DNA of 5,648 nucleotides from a virus: IMG/VR virus record IMGVR_UViG_3300045988_006862, positions 1 to 5,648 of that record; one strand, 5' to 3'. Shown piece by piece: positions 4,478 to 5,648 of this stretch (position 1 is its first letter; each line of letters starts with the position of its first letter). The notes under the pieces were generated by a model. It saw only the letters and a program-made list of their open reading frames with translations, ran no database searches and was not told where the DNA came from. The position numbers and the translations under genes were made by a program.

Positions 4478-4562
4478 CAAGCGAATGTTCAACGTGACAG
4501 CACGAAAAACGAAGAGTATCAACCTCAGCCAGAAACCCATGCGGGGCGGCATCAGACTGTAA
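4461..4562 (+). CDS. 33-aa highly basic protein, VP8 / J-like candidate DNA-binding (packaging) protein
   Basis: ATG 4461 has a weak SD (AGGAAG, 4452-4457). Translation: MPVRADKRMFNVTARKTKSINLSQKPMRGGIRL, with 9 K/R against 1 acidic residue. The C-terminal RGGIRL-type tail and the position just upstream of the VP5-like and VP3 genes resemble the small basic ORF8 proteins of gokushoviruses, as I recall them. Stop TAA at 4560-4562. It overlaps the preceding ORF by 17 nt. Confidence 0.5.
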   Translation: MPVRADKRMFNVTARKTKSINLSQKPMRGGIRL

Positions 4563-4573
4563 AGGAGAAAAAA

Positions 4574-4816
4574 ATGATTCACGGATACTATGGCATCTAT
4601 GACAGCGTAGCAAAATGCTACTGCTACATCGGAGAAAGCAAGAGCGATGATACCTTCGCACGGATGTGCAGTATCATGGCAAAAGACGAGAAAACGTTCC
4701 TGGGCCAGTCACCCGAAGACTACAAGGGCTACCATATCGCAAACTTCAACGATGAAAACGGCCAATTCGAGAGCATCGAACCGGATAAAGTCTGGGAGGG
4801 CAAACCGAATGAATAA
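4574..4816 (+). CDS. VP5: VP5-like non-structural protein (gokushovirus ORF5 family, proposed phiX174 gpC analogue)
   Basis: ATG 4574 follows AAGGAG (4562-4567, 6-nt spacer). The 80-aa pattern GIYDSVAK...SDDTFARM...SPEDYKGYHIANFNDENGQF..IEP matches the recalled family pattern (IYD..A....ND..A.R.F....PEDF.LY.iG.fD..tG....P). Stop TAA at 4814-4816. Confidence 0.7.
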   Translation: MIHGYYGIYDSVAKCYCYIGESKSDDTFARMCSIMAKDEKTFLGQSPEDYKGYHIANFNDENGQFESIEPDKVWEGKPNE

Positions 4817-5204
4817 AAGATACGAGGAAGGCCGCGAGGCCTTCTTTTCAAATCCAGGCGAGAAACTGCGCAAACAGTACGTCTGGGGAAAAGACGAGAA
4901 AGGCAACGACAAGCTGATTGAGACCGAACCAATCGACATTCAGGGCGAAATCGAAAGCTATGCAGATGAATGCGACATTAAAAACATTGTACGCAAAGCA
5001 AGTTTCGACCCGGAGTTCGCCAAAACTCTGGTAGACAGCGCAAAAACAGATGAAATCATGGATGTCACCGAATGGCCGACCAACATACACGAGTATCACG
5101 CCATGATGGCAACGGCACAGACCAAAGCAATGGAGCTGCAGAGGATGCAGGAAAAGGCCGCAAACGAGAAAAAGAAGCAGGAGGAAAGCAATGAATCGGA
5201 ATAA
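4809..5204 (+). CDS. VP3: Internal scaffolding protein VP3
   Basis: ATG 4809 follows GGGAGG (4794-4799, 9-nt spacer) and overlaps the VP5-like stop (ATGAATAA). The 131-aa protein has the ADECDIKNIVRK block typical of gokushovirus VP3 and an acidic/lysine-rich C-terminus. It lies immediately upstream of VP1. The track's longer 4647 start gives only a basic, out-of-frame overlap with the VP5-like gene and has no RBS. Confidence 0.8.
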   Translation: MNKRYEEGREAFFSNPGEKLRKQYVWGKDEKGNDKLIETEPIDIQGEIESYADECDIKNIVRKASFDPEFAKTLVDSAKTDEIMDVTEWPTNIHEYHAMMATAQTKAMELQRMQEKAANEKKKQEESNESE

Positions 5205-5648
5205 TGAACGACACTTTAACCAAGTGCCAGAAACACACGTCAGCAGGACACGCTTTAACCGAGACCAGAACATTTTGACAAGCTTCGATGCGGGCAAACT
5301 AATCCCGTTTTACGTTGATGAAGTTCTTCCGGGAGACACTTTCAGCGTGGACACAGCAGCAATTATCCGAATGACAACACCGAAATACCCGGTGATGGAC
5401 GATGCATACATCGACTTCTATTATTTCTTCTGTCCGAATCGAATCCTCTGGGACAACTTCAAGAAATTCATGGGAGAAGCAGACGATGAACCGTGGATGC
5501 CGACAAAAACGTACAGTGTACCAAAAATCAAAATTGTGGGAAATCCAAACGCAGAAAACCAGCCAGAAGCATACAAAGGACCAAAAACGCAAAGCATCCT
5601 AGACTATATGGGAGTACCGACACACCTAAACGAAAAAGGAAACGGCAA
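5191..5648 (+). CDS. VP1: Major capsid protein VP1 (F-like), N-terminal part; continues at position 1 on the circle
   Basis: ATG 5191 is preceded by AGGAGG (5179-5184, 6-nt spacer), and I read the frame as open to the window end. The N-terminus MNRNNERHFNQVPETHVSRTRFNRDQNILTSFDAGKLIPFYVDEVLPGDTF...PVMDDAYIDFYYFFCPNRILWDNF is the typical microvirus capsid N-terminus. It is absent from the ORF track only because no stop occurs before the window end. The start overlaps the VP3 stop by 14 nt. Confidence 0.95.
   Translation, partial: MNRNNERHFNQVPETHVSRTRFNRDQNILTSFDAGKLIPFYVDEVLPGDTFSVDTAAIIRMTTPKYPVMDDAYIDFYYFFCPNRILWDNFKKFMGEADDEPWMPTKTYSVPKIKIVGNPNAENQPEAYKGPKTQSILDYMGVPTHLNEKGNG
5594..5648. 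repeat. Terminal direct repeat, copy 2 (assembly overlap; unit genome length 5593 nt)
   Basis: Exact 55-nt duplicate of nt 1-55, and the reading frame is preserved across it (5596 corresponds to position 3). Confidence 0.95.

Noticed and set aside
4647-4808. The longer 185-aa version of the VP3 ORF starting at 4647
   Set aside because: The upstream 54 codons lie out of frame inside the VP5-like gene and encode a basic, low-complexity stretch with no SD. ATG 4809 has GGGAGG at the right distance and gives a typical 131-aa VP3.
4848-5592. Minus-strand ORFs of 149 and 97 aa opposite VP3 and VP1, and similar minus-strand ORFs opposite VP1, VP2 and VP4
   Set aside because: They lie antisense to strongly supported, motif-bearing genes. 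They are hydrophobic or Cys/Phe-rich artefacts of antisense reading, with no start signals.

Overview
The window is one complete, circularly permuted genome of a small ssDNA phage of the family Microviridae, gokushovirus-like in protein content. Nucleotides 1-55 are repeated exactly at 5594-5648, so the unit length is 5,593 nt. The linearisation point falls inside the major capsid gene.

All credible genes are on the + strand, and nearly all have a strong Shine-Dalgarno site. Around the circle the order is:
- VP1 major capsid (5191..5593 joined to 1..1277, 559 aa)
- VP2 pilot / minor capsid protein
- VP4 HUH rolling-circle Rep
- a 587-nt non-coding region (3150-3736)
- a zinc D,D-/L,D-peptidase of the M15 (YcbK/VanY-like) type
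- two small helical ORFs (34 and 81 aa)
- a 33-aa very basic VP8/J-like ORF
- a VP5-like protein
- the VP3 scaffold protein

No tRNA, rRNA, CRISPR array, integrase or transposase is visible.

The unusual content is the oversized non-coding region and the accessory module that follows it. From 5' to 3' the region contains:
- a terminator-like hairpin
- two alternating purine-pyrimidine CACGCG tracts with a 14-bp GC palindrome next to a 10-bp AT palindrome
- an array of eleven same-orientation TGT(T/G)GAAA(A) repeats that match or nearly match the complement of the DnaA-box consensus, lying beside an AT-rich tract
- a GC-rich compound hairpin
- two tandem near-consensus sigma70/sigmaA promoters, the second of which is built into a canonical intrinsic terminator hairpin just upstream of the peptidase gene

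Functional readings of the non-coding elements are inferences from sequence only.
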